A DNA stretch of 64,000 bases from the NCBI RefSeq assembly GCF_009834535.1, contig NC_045697.1:57290001-57354000 (forward strand), in the 5' to 3' direction. A program made the position numbers and the translations under genes. Within the stretch, counting starts at the first letter, position 1. Every line of letters starts with the position of its first letter. Under the pieces are notes generated by a model that ran no database searches, had not been told where the DNA came from, and was given only the letters and a program-made list of their open reading frames with translations. This document shows, in pieces, positions 13,106 through 26,585 of the stretch. This DNA is from Camelus ferus (taxonomy: Eukaryota).

Positions 13106-14065
13106 GAAAAAAGGGCAGGAGAACAAGCCCTTTTATCCAAAGAAGAAATACAAATAGCCAATAGGCATGTGGAAAGATGCTCAGCATCACTAATCATTAA
13201 GGAATTGCAAATGAAAAACACAAAGAGATATCATCTCACACTTTTTAGAATGGCTATCAACAAGAACACAAGACGTAACAAGTGTTGTGAGGATGTGTAA
13301 AAAAGGAACTCTTATAAACTGTTAGTGGGAATGTAAATTGGTTCAGCCACAATGGAAAACTGTATGGAGTTTCCTCAAAAAATTAAAAATAGAACTATCA
13401 TATGATCCAGCAATTCCACTTGTATACTCAAAAGAAATAAAAACAGGATTCCAAAGATATATATGTAATCCCATGTCTATTGCAGCATAATGCAAAAAAA
13501 CCCCAAGATATGGAAACAACCTAAGTGCCCATTAGTGAATGAATAGATAAGGAAGATCTGGTGTATGCATCCAATGGAATATTATTCAGCTGTGAGAAGG
13601 GTGGAGATCCTGTCATTTGTAACAACATGGATGGGCCATTAGGACATTATGCTAAGTGAAATAAATCAGAGAGAAGACAGATACTGTTTATGGTATCACT
13701 TATATATGAAATCTAAAAAAGCTGAACTCATAAAAACAGAGTAAAATGCTGGTTGCTTGAAGCTGGGGTGGGGCAATAGGAGAGATGTTGTTTAAGGGTA
13801 CAGACTTGCAACTATTAGATAAATAAGTCCTGCAGATCTAATGCATGGTATAGTAAATATAAGACAATAATGTTATATGAAACTTGCTAAAAGACTAGAT
13901 TTTTTTTAAAATTCAAGTACAGTCAGTTACAATGTGTCAATTTCTGGTTTACAGCACAATGTCCCAGTCATGCATATACATACATATATTCATTTTCATA
14001 TTAAAAGACTAGATCTTAATTATTCCCACCACAAAAAAGAAATAATTATGTGACATGATAAAATA
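13106..14065 (+). mobile_element. Outer host L1, right part (ORF2 C-terminus and 3'UTR, L1MA/MB-like)
   Basis: ccaaagaagaaatacaaatagccaataggcatg continues the L1 broken at 10534; 3'UTR motifs run to ~14060. Confidence 0.85.
13901..14001 (-). mobile_element. ~100-bp lineage-specific L1 3' end with TSD
   Basis: T-tract followed by gtacagtcagttacaatgtgtcaatttctgg. Direct repeat taaaagactagat at 13888-13900 and 14002-14014. Confidence 0.9.
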
Positions 14066-14977
14066 TGATTGTATAAAAAAATGGAACACAGAATGTCAGA
14101 TGGGGAATGGCAGATGTGAATTGTAGAAATATACAAGTAAATTGGCTCATTTTAAGTCGTACAAAGGTGTTTATATTTTATCCCAAAGTTTTTGGAAAGC
14201 TAGAGAATGTTTTCATGCATGTAATGCTCACTTGGATGCAACAAGAAGCATGGAAAGCCTGGAGGCAAGGGTACCCATTAGGATATACTTGCACTAATCT
14301 GGGTGGGAGTATGCAATGCCCAGGATTAAACACTGTTCTTGACAATTAAGAGACATAGATGGATAAATTTCATATATACTTAGAAAATATATATACGATT
14401 CCTTCTTAAATGTGGAAGATGAAAAATGATAAAAGAATAAAACAAGGGATTTGTGTCTGTCTTGAGAACACAGAAACAGTATGGACATTGCCTTATATAT
14501 TGTTGTCTCAGTCACCAGATTTGTACAGCCAGAACAATATTTAACATCTTTGACCATTAGTGAACTTCTCAGAAACACAGATAATGGGGAAAAATTATAA
14601 ATATTATTCTCTGTTTTTCTAAATTTTCATTATTGTTCAGTTCAACAAATGTATGTTGTTGTCACCACTGTATTCAGACACTGTGATAAATATATTTGTA
14701 AGGCAGATGAATACAATATGATCTTATCCTTTAAAAGCTGCCATGAGTTGTAACTCTTACAACAGAATGTAAGAGTAAAATAGTTACAGAAGGCAATTTA
14801 ACAATTTACTCCAATGTGACAATTTTCAGAAGACTTCCAAAGAAGTAGCATTTAAGATATCCTGTAAATGAAAAAGATAAGTTAAAAGGTGGCATTTCCT
14901 TCTTAGTTATATATCCTTAACAATTGGAATTTTGAAATTGTGGAAGAACATATATCGAACAATTCTTCACTGTAAAA

Positions 14978-15133
14978 TAGTGGTGGTTCCAGCTGTAGGC
15001 AACTTTGCTTTCCCAAGCCCCACCTGGACAGAGAACCCATGGGGACATTTGGCAATTAAGAGGAAATCACCTTCTTTCCCGACAAAGGATTCTCTGGTAC
15101 AGATGTTGAGGACACTGAGGTTAAAAAACACTG
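14978..15133. mobile_element. Internally deleted MER20-like hAT element
   Basis: ggggacatttggcaat and acaaaggattctctgg...tgaggttaaaaaacactg terminal motif. Confidence 0.55.
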
Positions 15134-16035
15134 CCTTAAATTTAGTTAATGAGGCTGAAAGTGAAATTTTAAGTTTATTAAAATAGCTGGCCCAGTTCTT
15201 TTCACCCTTCTATTCTGTGCAGTTCTTCCTACATAGTTCTGCAAATGATTTTCCTCCAGCACTTTGTTAATTGCTTTAAATTCTTGTTCAAAATCTTCAG
15301 TGACCAAAGTAGATTAACAAATTAATTATAATATTTTAGATTAATAGTCAAAGCCTTTCACACAGGACCCGGTCAAGTTCATTTTCTTTTTTTAAAATTC
15401 ATTTTCTATTTCTGTTTACATTAGTAGAAAGATAGCAAAGAAGTAAACATAGAGATAAGTGGCTTGTATTTGTTCAATTAATCATACTTTTTGCTGCCAC
15501 TTACCACAATGTACCTAAGAGGATCTCAGTTGATATTTTTTTTCTAATACATAAACCCTCAATTCAGTTAAACTGCTTTTTACTCCATCAATATTTAATT
15601 TGTTAATTTACATTTTGTAGTTATAAAATCTAACACCTTACATTTTGCAATTATAAAATGATACTGAGTACTTCTTGTTCCAATCATCAAAATGCTATTA
15701 TTGAAAGTTATGATACATCTATGTTAAAAATTAAAAACTCTAGTTCAATTGACTTTATAAGAAAAAAGATATTTATATACTTTATTATGTTCATATTTAT
15801 TGAATCTGCAGTTATTTTCCCTTTAATTTGTCATATTTTTATTAACAATTTACCAGCTGTGTTTAGTGGCAATATTTTTTATTAATTGTCCTTCAGGGAA
15901 CTCATTTACTTCTGAAAGAACAGATGTTGCTCCATTAATGAAAACTACCCTGTCTCTTCAGAGAGAATGAATGATGTTTATAAGCCTTAAGAAATGGATT
16001 AGGTGAATACATCTATGTTACTAAATCACTGTTCG

Positions 16036-16036
<1 letters not shown>

Positions 16037-16084
<48 letters not shown>
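16037..16084. repeat. (TA)n microsatellite
   Basis: Read directly. Confidence 0.97.
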
Positions 16085-16487
16085 GGAGAGATAACTGTAG
16101 GAAGTGCAAACTTTGATAGCTTATGCTTCATCACACATTCACATAAAATGAAGTTGGGTAATTTATTTAAAGTATAAATTGTATGCTTTCATTGCTTTTC
16201 ATTATATCACTTTATCAAGTAGTTTTAGACCCTTACCTGTTTTTTACTAAATTCTAGATATTTTTCAATATTAGAAGTATGAATAAATATATATTACTAT
16301 GTTTATCATATTATTCATACAATTAACAACCATTTATTTAACTCCTTATTTAGTAAAGATCTTTCTCTTTCTTTCATTGAGGAAACAGAAGCAATGTAAT
16401 GTAATCTCTTCCAAATTTAAAACTTCCCTAAAATTAAATATTTGGCTTTGTTCCTGTAATTAAGGAAATGTCTGACCATGTCTTAAT

Positions 16488-16640
16488 TTATTCATTCATT
16501 TGGCAAATATTTATGGAGTGCATACTATGTCAGATTTGTTAATACTGTAAATATAAGATGAATCTACAGAAAAAAATCTATAACTTCATGAAGTATATAT
16601 TTGTATAGTTAGAATGCAAATAAAGTAAATCAATAAATAT
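16488..16640 (-). mobile_element. L2 3' end
   Basis: ttattcattcatttggcaaatatttatggagtgcatactatgt. Confidence 0.7.
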
Positions 16641-16651
16641 TCTGATATATT

Positions 16652-16745
16652 AGTATATCAGTCAGAATATTACAGGCTATGTTAACTCTAGCAACCGGTT
16701 TTCAGATGCTAGTGGCTTAATGCAACAGAACTTTATTTCTAGCTA
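16652..16745. mobile_element. LTR33-like ERVL LTR terminal fragment
   Basis: tatcagtcag...gtggcttaatgcaacagaactttatttct. Confidence 0.45.
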
Positions 16746-16759
16746 CCTTTATTTGTCTT

Positions 16760-16970
16760 TGTTGAGCCTAAAATGCCCAGTTGTAGCAAGAATCTTGCTA
16801 AATCAGTTTAGAGAGAGCTATAGATGTTTGATCACCCTCAATAGATATCTGACCAAATTCCCCATTCCTCACACGCACATTGTGATATCTGTTCACTTTG
16901 ACCTGTCTCTGGCAAGAATCCTGTCAGGTTGGCTTAGCCAGCACCCCCCTTTCCCCTGATGTTTCTGAGT
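16760..16970 (+). mobile_element. MER31-like ERV1 LTR fragment
   Basis: gcaagaatcctgtcaggttggcttagccagcaccccctttcccctgatgtttc, with the gcaagaatc motif repeated internally. Confidence 0.6.
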
Positions 16971-16987
16971 ATGGTAACACTTAGATA

Positions 16988-17610
16988 TTGAAGCAACCAT
17001 GATGTCCTTCAGTAGGTGAATGAATAGATAAATCATGGTACACCCAGACAATACAATTTTATTAAGTGCTAAAAAGAAATATTCTATCAAGCCATGAAAA
17101 GGCATGGAAGAACCTTAAATGCACATACTAAGTGAAAGAAGCCAAACCAAAAAGGCTACGTGCTGTATTATTTCTGCTATATGATATTCTGGAATAGTCA
17201 AAAGCATGAATACAATAGAAAGATCATTGATTTCCAGTGGTTGGGAAAGGGAGAGAGGAGTTTTAGAATATTGAAACTGTTCTGTGTGATCCTATAATGG
17301 TGGATACATGTGATTATAAATTTGTAAAGACCCATAGAATGTACAATACCAGGTGTGAATCTTAAAGTAAATTGTGGAATTGATTATGATAATGATATAT
17401 CAATGTAGGTTCATCAAATGTAGGTTCCTTGGTGTAGGTTCATCTGTTGTAACAGAACTGTAACACTCTTCTTGTGTGGGATGTTGAGACTGAGGAAGTC
17501 TGTATATGTGTGAGATCAGGGAGTATATGGAAAATCTCTGTACCTTCTGCTCAATTTTGATGTGAATATAAAATTTTTCTACTAAAGTCCTCTTAAAAAT
17601 AAATAAATTA
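16988..17610 (+). mobile_element. L1MC1/2-like 3' end
   Basis: ctaagtgaaagaagccaa and ggagtatatggaaaatctctgtaccttctgctcaattttg. Confidence 0.8.
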
Positions 17611-19030
17611 CATAATTTACCATATTAGCAGTATGAATGAGAAAACCATACCATCATCACAATGGATGCATAAAAAGCATTTACAAAAAAAAAAATCTAC
17701 GCAAGATAAAAAGTTTTCCACATATCAGAAATAGTAGGTAATTTTTCAATGTTATGATGTCCCTTTACAAAAAATATACAGTTAAATAAAACTTAATGGT
17801 TAAATATTGAATCTCATAAATCTTCAGTCTCTAAAGTGGCAAAGATGACTACTTTCACCATTTCTATTTAACTTTTACTGGAAATGCCAGGCATTGGATT
17901 GGAGGCAAAGTGAAACAAGGATAAGGAATTAAAAGCATGCTTTTTAGAACAGGAAAGCAAAGTTCTCTATGTTCATAGATGACATGTTTCCTGATTTTTC
18001 CAGAAATGTCTAAGGAAATTACAAAATAGCTACTACAAATAATAAGTGAATTTAGAAACTTTTAAGGGTTCAAGGTCAGTGGACTATTCAGTTGTATGTC
18101 TGTATATCAGAAATAAATAATTAGAAAGTATGCATATTTAAAATACCATTTAATAGCATTAAAACATGAAATAGAAATAAAGTTAACAAAAATGGGCTAA
18201 TCTCTAGAGAGAAATAATCAAGTCCTAACAGGGGAAGTAAAAGGCTAAGTATATTACATTTTTGGATTAGAAGATTTGATGTTAAGATTCCAATTCTCCC
18301 AAAATTATCATGTAGATTCAGAATAATCCCACCATTTCTTTTATAGATATTGAAAAGATGAGTCCAAAATTTATGACTCCATGATATTGAAAATGATATT
18401 GAAAATGAACAAAGTTGGGACATTTATACTTATGATTTCAAGACTCTCTGTGAATGGTATAATCATGGTAGTGTTTTATTGGCCTAAAGAACAGAAAGGA
18501 GAATATAGAATATACTCTCATATATAAAGAAAATTATTTTTGATATGTCTCAATGTAATTAAATGTATGAGGCAAATAGTGCTGGAAAGTCTAGATGTCT
18601 TTTTAGAAAGAAATAAATAAACAATGCTTTTCTCACACCATACACAAAAATTACTTCAAAATGAAACTTAGACATAGAAAAAGCTAAAATTATTGATCTT
18701 CCAAAAGAAACAGTAGAATGTATCTGTGACTTTGAGTATACAAAAATCTATTTTATGCTTCAAAATAAGCACAAACCATAAAAGAAAATGATGGTAAATT
18801 GGACTTCATCAAAATTAAAAATTCCTATTTTATGAAAACACTTTTTAAAAAATCAAGACAAGCCACAGTTTTAGCAAACATGTTCACAGTGTGTATCTGT
18901 GAAAAGTGACTTGTGTCTAGGTACATAAGAAATGCATAACTCTTAATTAAAAGAAAAAAAAAAGAAATGGGAAAAGTTTTGAACACTCACAAAAAATATG
19001 TGTCCAATAGGCACATAAAGATTTTTGTAC
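17611..19030 (+). mobile_element. Old L1 ORF2 fragment
   Basis: Degenerate ORF2 motifs: gatgcataaaaagcattt, ttcatagatgacatg, ctcacaccatacacaaaaatta, aattggacttcatcaaaattaaaa. Confidence 0.75.
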
Positions 19031-20479
19031 ATAAATTATCCCTTTTCTATTATCTTTCTATTACAAAGCAGAGAGCACCAATAGAAACACACTGCAAATG
19101 AACTGACATGTTGCATATTAGAATTTCAAATCAAGTCAAAATTAAATGTCTACTTCAATTAAGTAACACTGCATAGACAAAGATATAACAAATTTTAAAG
19201 AGGCCAAGTAATTTGCACTTCTTATGTACATGTTCTGTAACATCATTCTACAGAAAATAAAATTAAATAGAACATGGACTCAGTCATCAAACATCAATCT
19301 TATTAGTTACAAATGTGATATTTTAAAGCATTTTCTAAATATGTTTATAGCTTAAGAACCCCGCAAGGTAACATAAGAGTCAACTAAAGGCCTACAAATT
19401 ATCATAAACATTTCTTTTTCATCTTCAGTAAATTTCAAGGCTTTGAGTGCTACATTGAAATTTTGGATTCTTAATTCTGTAGTCTCCTGAAAAAATATAT
19501 ATATACACATGTATTCACACATACAGATTTATGAATTTGACAGGATATACTATTACAGGAAATTTTTTTTCTTTGTTTTACATGGTTATTTTGCTATGAT
19601 TTCACTTAATACTCAATCTTGAGGCTTTCTTATACTTACAGTCAAAGATCATCTAATATCTGTGAAATCCAAACTTTGTTTTAATAACCAATAAATGCTA
19701 AGCAAATGCAGTATCTTAAGCCACCCACCCCCATGCCAAAAACTGAAAAAAAAAAATTCCTTGATGGCATGTTTTTCCATTTGAAAAGCAGTGATGAATT
19801 TATTTACTTTACACCTACTACCAATACTTACTTTAATTAATGGTAAAATTACCATTGAAAACAAAGTAGAACTATGGAATAATAAATAGTGTAGAAACCT
19901 CTTTTATTCATGTTTTAAGAGTCATTAAATGTTAAGTTGGGAAGTGTTTAGGAATATCACTTACTATTCTGACTCTACATATGAAGCAAATAAATTTTTG
20001 TAAACCCTCAGGAATTATGAGAGATACTTTTAGTAATTTAGTAAACAGTCTCCCAGAGTGGCCTAGTAAATTCAGCAATAAGTAGGACATGTCAGAAAAT
20101 GCCACAAATCCTATAGATTTGTGAGAATTGTCACTCAGGCTACACAGTCAACAAAAATAATTCATTCAGCTGTCTGCTCAAGTAGAGCTGTGCTTCATCG
20201 ACAAAGTTTAGAAACTTTTAATTTCATACATATTAGGAAGGAAAGTAGTTTTGAGGCATCAAAATTTTAAAGTCCAACTAGGTTTAGAAATGAAATTTTT
20301 TGTTGTAATATTAATATATTAGAATATTTTCTTCACAGTTAACTTGTAAATAATGTGCTAGTTATTATATATACATACACACATGCATACAAACATGTAT
20401 TTGTGTGTATATGTACACAAACATTTATATATATTTATATAAATATATGCAGCGCTGTAAATTAAGACAGATTATAAAT

Positions 20480-21620
20480 TGCACTAGAGAAAAATGTGGG
20501 AAGGATAGTCTTTTCAACAAATTATGGTAAAGTAATTTGATAGATAAAAAAATAGTTATTTACCTTCTATAACATACTATAAATAAAAAATCAATTTCTG
20601 TAGATTTTAGGCTAAAATTCAGAAAGCAAGATTATATGGTTCTCAGTAAATATTGTAGAATATTTTAATGATTTGTGAAATGGAATTAAAAAATCTTAAA
20701 TATAATATAAATATAATAAACATAACAGAATACATTTTACAACATGAAAATGAATAATTTGTGTTTTTCATGCGATATCATCATTAAAGCAAGCATGAAA
20801 GTTACAGAATGTTAGGTAGCATTGTTAACAAATATAACTGATGGAGAAATTGTATCCAGAACAAAGAAAAAGACCTTAATTCAATGAGTAAAGGGGAAAA
20901 TTCAATATGAAAATAAAAATACAGTACAAAGATTGAAAAACATATTAATAAGCATTCCAAACATGTAGATGTGGAAATAACCAAAAAGCACTTGAAAAGA
21001 AGCCTTCCTTATTAATTGTAAGGGGATAGCAAAGATTATACACAAATACAATATGTAGTTTTGGTAAAGCATGTGGAACAATGAGATTTATCATACAATG
21101 CTGGTAGAAGCATAAATTATATACCATTTTGGAAAGAGTTGGTATTACTTTTAACAGTTCAAAATGTGCATACCTTGTAACCTGTATTTTTGCTTTCATT
21201 ATATATTTATGAAAAATATTGGTACATGTGTATAGTGAAACGTGTAAGAATGTTAAAAGTAGTATTATTTGTAATGGTAAAAATTAGAAAAAAAAACACA
21301 GTTATCCATTTTTCTTGGGTAGATAAAGGCTGGTAATTCATAAAATGGAGTATTATGCTGTAATGGAGGTGAATAAACTACAGTCACATGCAATGACAAG
21401 AATGAATCTCAAATAATGCTGTGGAAGATAAACCAGACAGAAAACTAATATTATATGATTATATTTGTAAAACATTACAAAACAGTACCTAGTATGCATG
21501 CTTTAGATACCAACATGTAAAAGAAAGAAAGAAATGGATTACTATATTTTAGATATTAGTTATTTTTGGAAGGAGGGAGAAAACAGTGATTAAGAAGGGT
21601 CTGAGAGGATGCCATCTAAA
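20480..21620 (+). mobile_element. Old L1 (L1ME-like) ORF2 3' end and 3'UTR
   Basis: gatagtcttttcaacaaatt, ccattttggaaagagttggta, gaatgaatctcaaataatgct. Confidence 0.7.
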
Positions 21621-22204
21621 TGTTTATCTTTTAAAATTTTATTAGTAATACGACATATGACCATGTAAAAAAAAAATTAGAAGTATCCTGTGAGAATATC
21701 CCCCAAACCCCTAACCCACCTCTCTGCTCCACTACCCTCAACCACGGCACCCCAGACATTACAAATAAAGTCCCTCTCTTCTATCTCTGCATGGCAATTA
21801 CTATATCTGTTTCTCATATCTCATAAAATTCTCTCAATAATGAATAATAGAGCTTATTAGAATCTTATTCAATCTGATTTTATCTTTTAAAATCTGATTA
21901 AAATCTTGGCCATAATAACCTCCAAATTATTGGGAGTAAGAAATGCCTAGAAAGGACTCTGAAAACATCCATCTTCAAAAAGAATAACTAATTCTAGAGA
22001 TGAAGAAAGAAAACTTGTACAGTTCATTAAATGTCAAAAATAAAGAACTCAACAAAGGTAGAGTGCTAAATATTCTCAAATCTATTGGAAGTTCATAGGA
22101 ACAGAAATAGAATTATTATTGGATTTTATGACTAGAATGTCACTGATGACTTTTGTGACCAATTCTAATGAGGCAGGGTCAAAATCCAGAATGTGTAAGA
22201 ACTC

Positions 22205-22850
22205 ACTTTCTCCAGTTTTTCATCGGTAACACCCATCTCTGCTGCCAAGGCTTCGTGCCCTTTTGAGAGCACTGATGTAGCCAATGCAAAAAGTAACAGG
22301 TATCATATAGGTGAGTGATCATGTCCATTTTGTTTATTTCTTCTGTGCTGTCTGATCTCTGGTGAGGGGTAAGTTTCCATAGAAAGATCTTCAAACCTTG
22401 TGTCACCTCCAGTAGGATGATCCATTTATCTCTGTCCTCAATCTTCCAATCTTTACCCTTTCAAACTTCAGATCAGCTTAGTCATTTGCCACTGCCTGTG
22501 CCTCTGTATATAGTTTTAAGTAATGTCATTTTCCTCTTCACAGAGTGTAAAGGACCAGGTGAATTTCTAAGACTGATAACACAAAGGATTTTCTTTCGTA
22601 ACTGCCTTCCATGGCAGTCTCTGAGTGGAGTTGTGTTTCAGAAACTGGTCATTCTCACCTTTCCACCTACATCCCCAGGCAACACATGAATAAACTAAAC
22701 CTGAGATATTTTCTCTTCTGTCAGAAATTCACAATAAACCATCCAGGAGACCAGAGGTGTGAGCTGAGTTTGAAGAACAGAACTATAATGGTAGGTGATA
22801 CAGGCCTCTGTGCCACCTGCTTATGCATTTTACTTATGTGAGACAGCAAT
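22205..22850 (-). mobile_element. ERVL internal pol (RNase H region) fossil
   Basis: Minus strand of ~22430-22517 reads KLYTEAQAVAND* and, after a frameshift, KDWKIEDRDKW. This resembles ERVL pol LYTDSWAVANGL...DWKIGDKE.W. Confidence 0.65.
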
Positions 22851-23623
22851 TAAGGTGCACATGATTTATTTACAGATTGTTCATAAGACAATCATGTACA
22901 TGATTGGGTAGTAATGTAGAAATGTGAAGAAGGAAAAAATGAGTAAGAATATTGTTCCAAATGAAATTTAACCATGGCCAGAGCGTGGAACATGGTGTAA
23001 GTGGGTATGTTATGGGCCATCCTTGTGGTGCTGCATCAATTCTGTGGTGAGCAAGCTGATTCTAGTTTAGGAAAATTCTATGGATGGGTCACATCTGTGA
23101 GCTCTTAGCTTAAACAAACAAACAACTAACTAACTAACTAACTGGGGAATGGGTGCACAGTCCTGGCTAAGGGAATGTGATCAAGACAGGGACATCAGCC
23201 ATAATGACCCTTGTACGCATTTATGGCTTTAATATCTAAAGAATGTAAATTTCCATCTCATATCTCATAGCTGAGATCATAATTCATACATTCAGGTTCC
23301 TACTTGACATCTCTTTACAGATCTGTCAGTAGCACTTCAAACCCACTATTTCCAATAGTGTGCTTTTAATCTCTCTTTATACATGGTTTTCTGTTGTTAG
23401 TAAAAGTCACCTGTGTCTTTTCTGTTGTACAAAATATAAACTTTGAAGCCATCTTTGATACTTTCTTCTTCTATAAATCTGTATCCAATTTATTTTGGTA
23501 GCAGATGCTGTTACTTCCCTGTCCATTTTCTCACAGCTATTATCATTCTCATTTATGCTCTTGCCTATTGCAAGTGCCTGTGACTCATCACCTGAAGTCT
23601 TTCTCTGGCACACTCAGACCACA

Positions 23624-23962
23624 TGTGGGGCAGGCTAGAAGTGCTAGAAAGTGAATAATTTAGAAGAAGCTTTCAGATAATGATGGATGGAATTTGGAAG
23701 ATTAATTCTCCAGTATCCTTTACACTTGCATAGGACAATGATGAAGAATTCTCTACACTGTCTCCTAGAGAACCCAGCAGCAATGGGTTACATTACATTA
23801 CAAAAATACATGGGAGTATTTTTTAATAACACACCTGAAAGGGTTTCCATTTCTCTCTCATCTCATCCCCTACTTCAGTAATTCTCTGAATCACATCCAA
23901 AGAAGCTCTTGCACTTAAGCCTTTGTCTAAGGATCTACTTTGAGAAAACCAAACTAATAAAT
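23624..23962 (+). mobile_element. LTR16-like ERVL solo LTR
   Basis: Starts tgtggggcaggctagaagtgc and ends cttgcacttaagcctttgtctaaggatctactttgagaaaaccaaactaata. Confidence 0.65.
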
Positions 23963-24249
23963 GCCAAGTCTTACCAGTTTTATTCCCTTACTGTTTTAAA
24001 AAAATTGTGGTTTCTTTTATTTACATGGCCATACCATAATACCATAAATATAGTTTGCTATCATTTCTCAGCTTTGACCAACATTATAAAAACTTCCAAA
24101 CTACTTTTCAGAAACCATTCTGGATCTCTTTAAGCCATTCTCCATGATAAACCCTCGTATTTCCCCAAAGAAAACCTGATAATATATTAAAACTCCATAA
24201 TGGATTTTATGGCTTTAGGATTAAAAGTCAAGATATTTTAGGTAGTGTT

Positions 24250-24753
24250 TGGTTTATGGTATATTGTCATTCAGAATCCATTCTCAACTAGTTCCAAACA
24301 CCTTCCTGAACTTCAATGAATGAATCTAAACATTTACATTTCCTAGGTTAATTAGCAGTGTGGGCTTAAGAAAGGAATCATGTTCTGTCACTGAAATATG
24401 CTTCCATGAAACAGGAAGGGAATTTCAAAATAAAATGCTTTAACACAGCCTGATGCTGTGATGTTGACAGAAAAGTTTTGAGAGAATTTCGTGATTGTGA
24501 TGACCAGTGTGGCATTTCATGTCTAGATACATGTTTAATTGAGGCAATAGTACCAGTGTCAGAGACCCATACTTTCTGGTCTTTGGAAAGCTGCCATGAA
24601 AGATGAGCTGTATTGTCGTATGGCAACAGGTCTGACTGATATTTCTCCAGCAACTCCAAGAGCCTTTAAAGCTCCTAATTTCCTGTGTTAGCTCTCCATT
24701 TTTGAAATATACAGAATGATTTCTGTTCCAAGCACTGAAACTTGATGATACAA
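24250..24753 (+). mobile_element. Ancient LTR (ERVL/MaLR class)
   Basis: Ends tttctgttccaagcactgaaacttgatgataca, a typical old LTR 3' end. Confidence 0.45.
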
Positions 24754-26409
24754 TAACCTGGCATTTAGTTGATTTGGATCTACTTCCCCAGCTCTAGCAT
24801 CCACAGATCTCTTAATTTTCTGCATTTCAGTCATCTTGGACTCTTTATGACTATATTTTTCTATTAGAATGCCATGTCCCCTCCAACTATTCGTTTATTT
24901 CTTGCTTTGGAAATCCACTTCCTCTCAACATCTTTTCAAAATTGCCTGTTCTCTTTTGTTACCAGAGCTGAAAAATTGCTTCTTTAAGGAAGCCTCCCTG
25001 AGGTCCTACTTAATTAAAATATTTATCAAATGAGCTCCTAAATCTGAAATTTCATAGAAATTTACATTTTGAAATTGTTCATGTGTGATTATTTGAATAT
25101 TGTTTAACTCATCAAACCAGGGAATATGTTTCACAAGTCAAGATTGATTTTGCTTGGTCTCACTATTCTACTTCTTAGCCCACTGCCAGGCTAAAGGTAG
25201 AAATTCAGTAATTTTTGGTGAATGTTGTTTGAGAGATTTAGAAAACTAGGAGATATTTAATGAAGTGATATTTCTGTTGAAGAAGTTAGGTATGAGGTCC
25301 AGACCTCAAATTGCCATTTTAGCTTTATACAAGAACACCTGTGCCATTATGACAGGAAATAAAAAGGGAAGACAGATGTTGATATTTATGGATAGTATGT
25401 AAGAAATTAAGAGTTCCATCTTTTCTCCCTGAAGCAAAATACTAAGGAGTCTTTTGACAGTGATTGTAGCTATAATTGGGAGGTGATTCAAATAGAGGGG
25501 AACATATTGGAAAATTCTAGTTTGTTAATGGGAAAGAATGTTGACTAGGTAAATGAAAGACCTGGGGACAGTTTTAAAGACATATTTCAGAATCGAGACA
25601 AAATATACTAAAGACACCAGTCTGTGCATTAATAAATAATTGCATAGTTGCAGTGAATGGAAGCAATTTAATTGATCCAGAAGCTAGATGTTATAGTATG
25701 CTGTATAGAATGATAATAAGACAATAATGGGACTATGTTGAGAGTATTGACAAAAACATGAGTGCTGGTTTAGAGAGAGAAGAGAAGGGATAGGATTCCT
25801 TTATGTGGAATAAATTAAAGAATTCACAAAATGGAAATACTTATGAAGTCATAAACATGTGCAGTAGAAAGAACAGAGGTCTGGAGAGATATGAATATAT
25901 GATTAGAGTCTGAAAAGTTTGAATTAGAAATTCCAGAGTTGCTGAAAGTAGCGTAAAAGAGATTGCACATTTTTCAATAATTCCTTTTAAGCCTCAATGA
26001 CTTTGGCATGAATTGGGTCACTTGCTTCTTCATGACCTATTCATGTTAATCTGATTATTCAGGCCCTGAACACATGCCCACTCCTAGCTAATTGGGACTA
26101 TATCTTGACCCCATATATATATCTAGAACTGGCACAGATGAAAAAAGTATTTCTTCATGAAAAACTTAGAGGTTCTATTACCAGATTAAGGAAAATTGGA
26201 TGTTGGACTGACAAACTACGTATGTCAGTGTAAAGTTCTTTAATTATAATAAACACTGTCATAAACTTGTGTCACATACCCACTCTCAAGGACACTGCCT
26301 GGACTCTGTCATTGACTACACCATAGAACAGAAGCGTAATATACAGTCAGCAATAAAGGTGATAAACAATGATTACTTCTTGTAAAACATGAAAGAAGAC
26401 AGATTTAAT

Positions 26410-26585
26410 ACATTCAACAAATGTTTGCTGATCACATCTTACGTTCCAGAAATTGTCCTTGGTACTTGGAATGCATTAGTGAATATTTTTCTGATTTTCT
26501 GGAACTTAAATTTTAGTATTTGTAAAAGACAGACATACAATAATAAGTGAATTGTATAGTTGTTTAGAAGATGATACCTGTAATT
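26410..26585 (-). mobile_element. L2 3' end
   Basis: cattcaacaaatgtttgctgatcacatc. Confidence 0.6.

Larger units (their letters stand above)
10535..13111 (+). mobile_element. L1 nested in the host L1 (RT region, large internal deletion, 3'UTR)
   Basis: [25 protein letters not shown] and tttgctgatgacatg (FADDM RT motif, ~11387). Jumps from mid-ORF2 to the 3' end at ~12497 and ends aataaaactggaaggaaaaaa. Confidence 0.85.
23260..25230 (+). mobile_element. Fragmented L2 interrupted by two LTRs
   Basis: L2 motifs cctacttgacatctct (23299), ctttaggattaaaagtcaa (24213) and ggaagcctccctga (24988). LTRs lie at ~23624-23960 and ~24250-24753. Confidence 0.55.

Noticed and set aside
17404..17444. Three copies of tgtaggttc
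   Set aside because: Local slippage within an L1MC 3'UTR; not a CRISPR-like or functional array.
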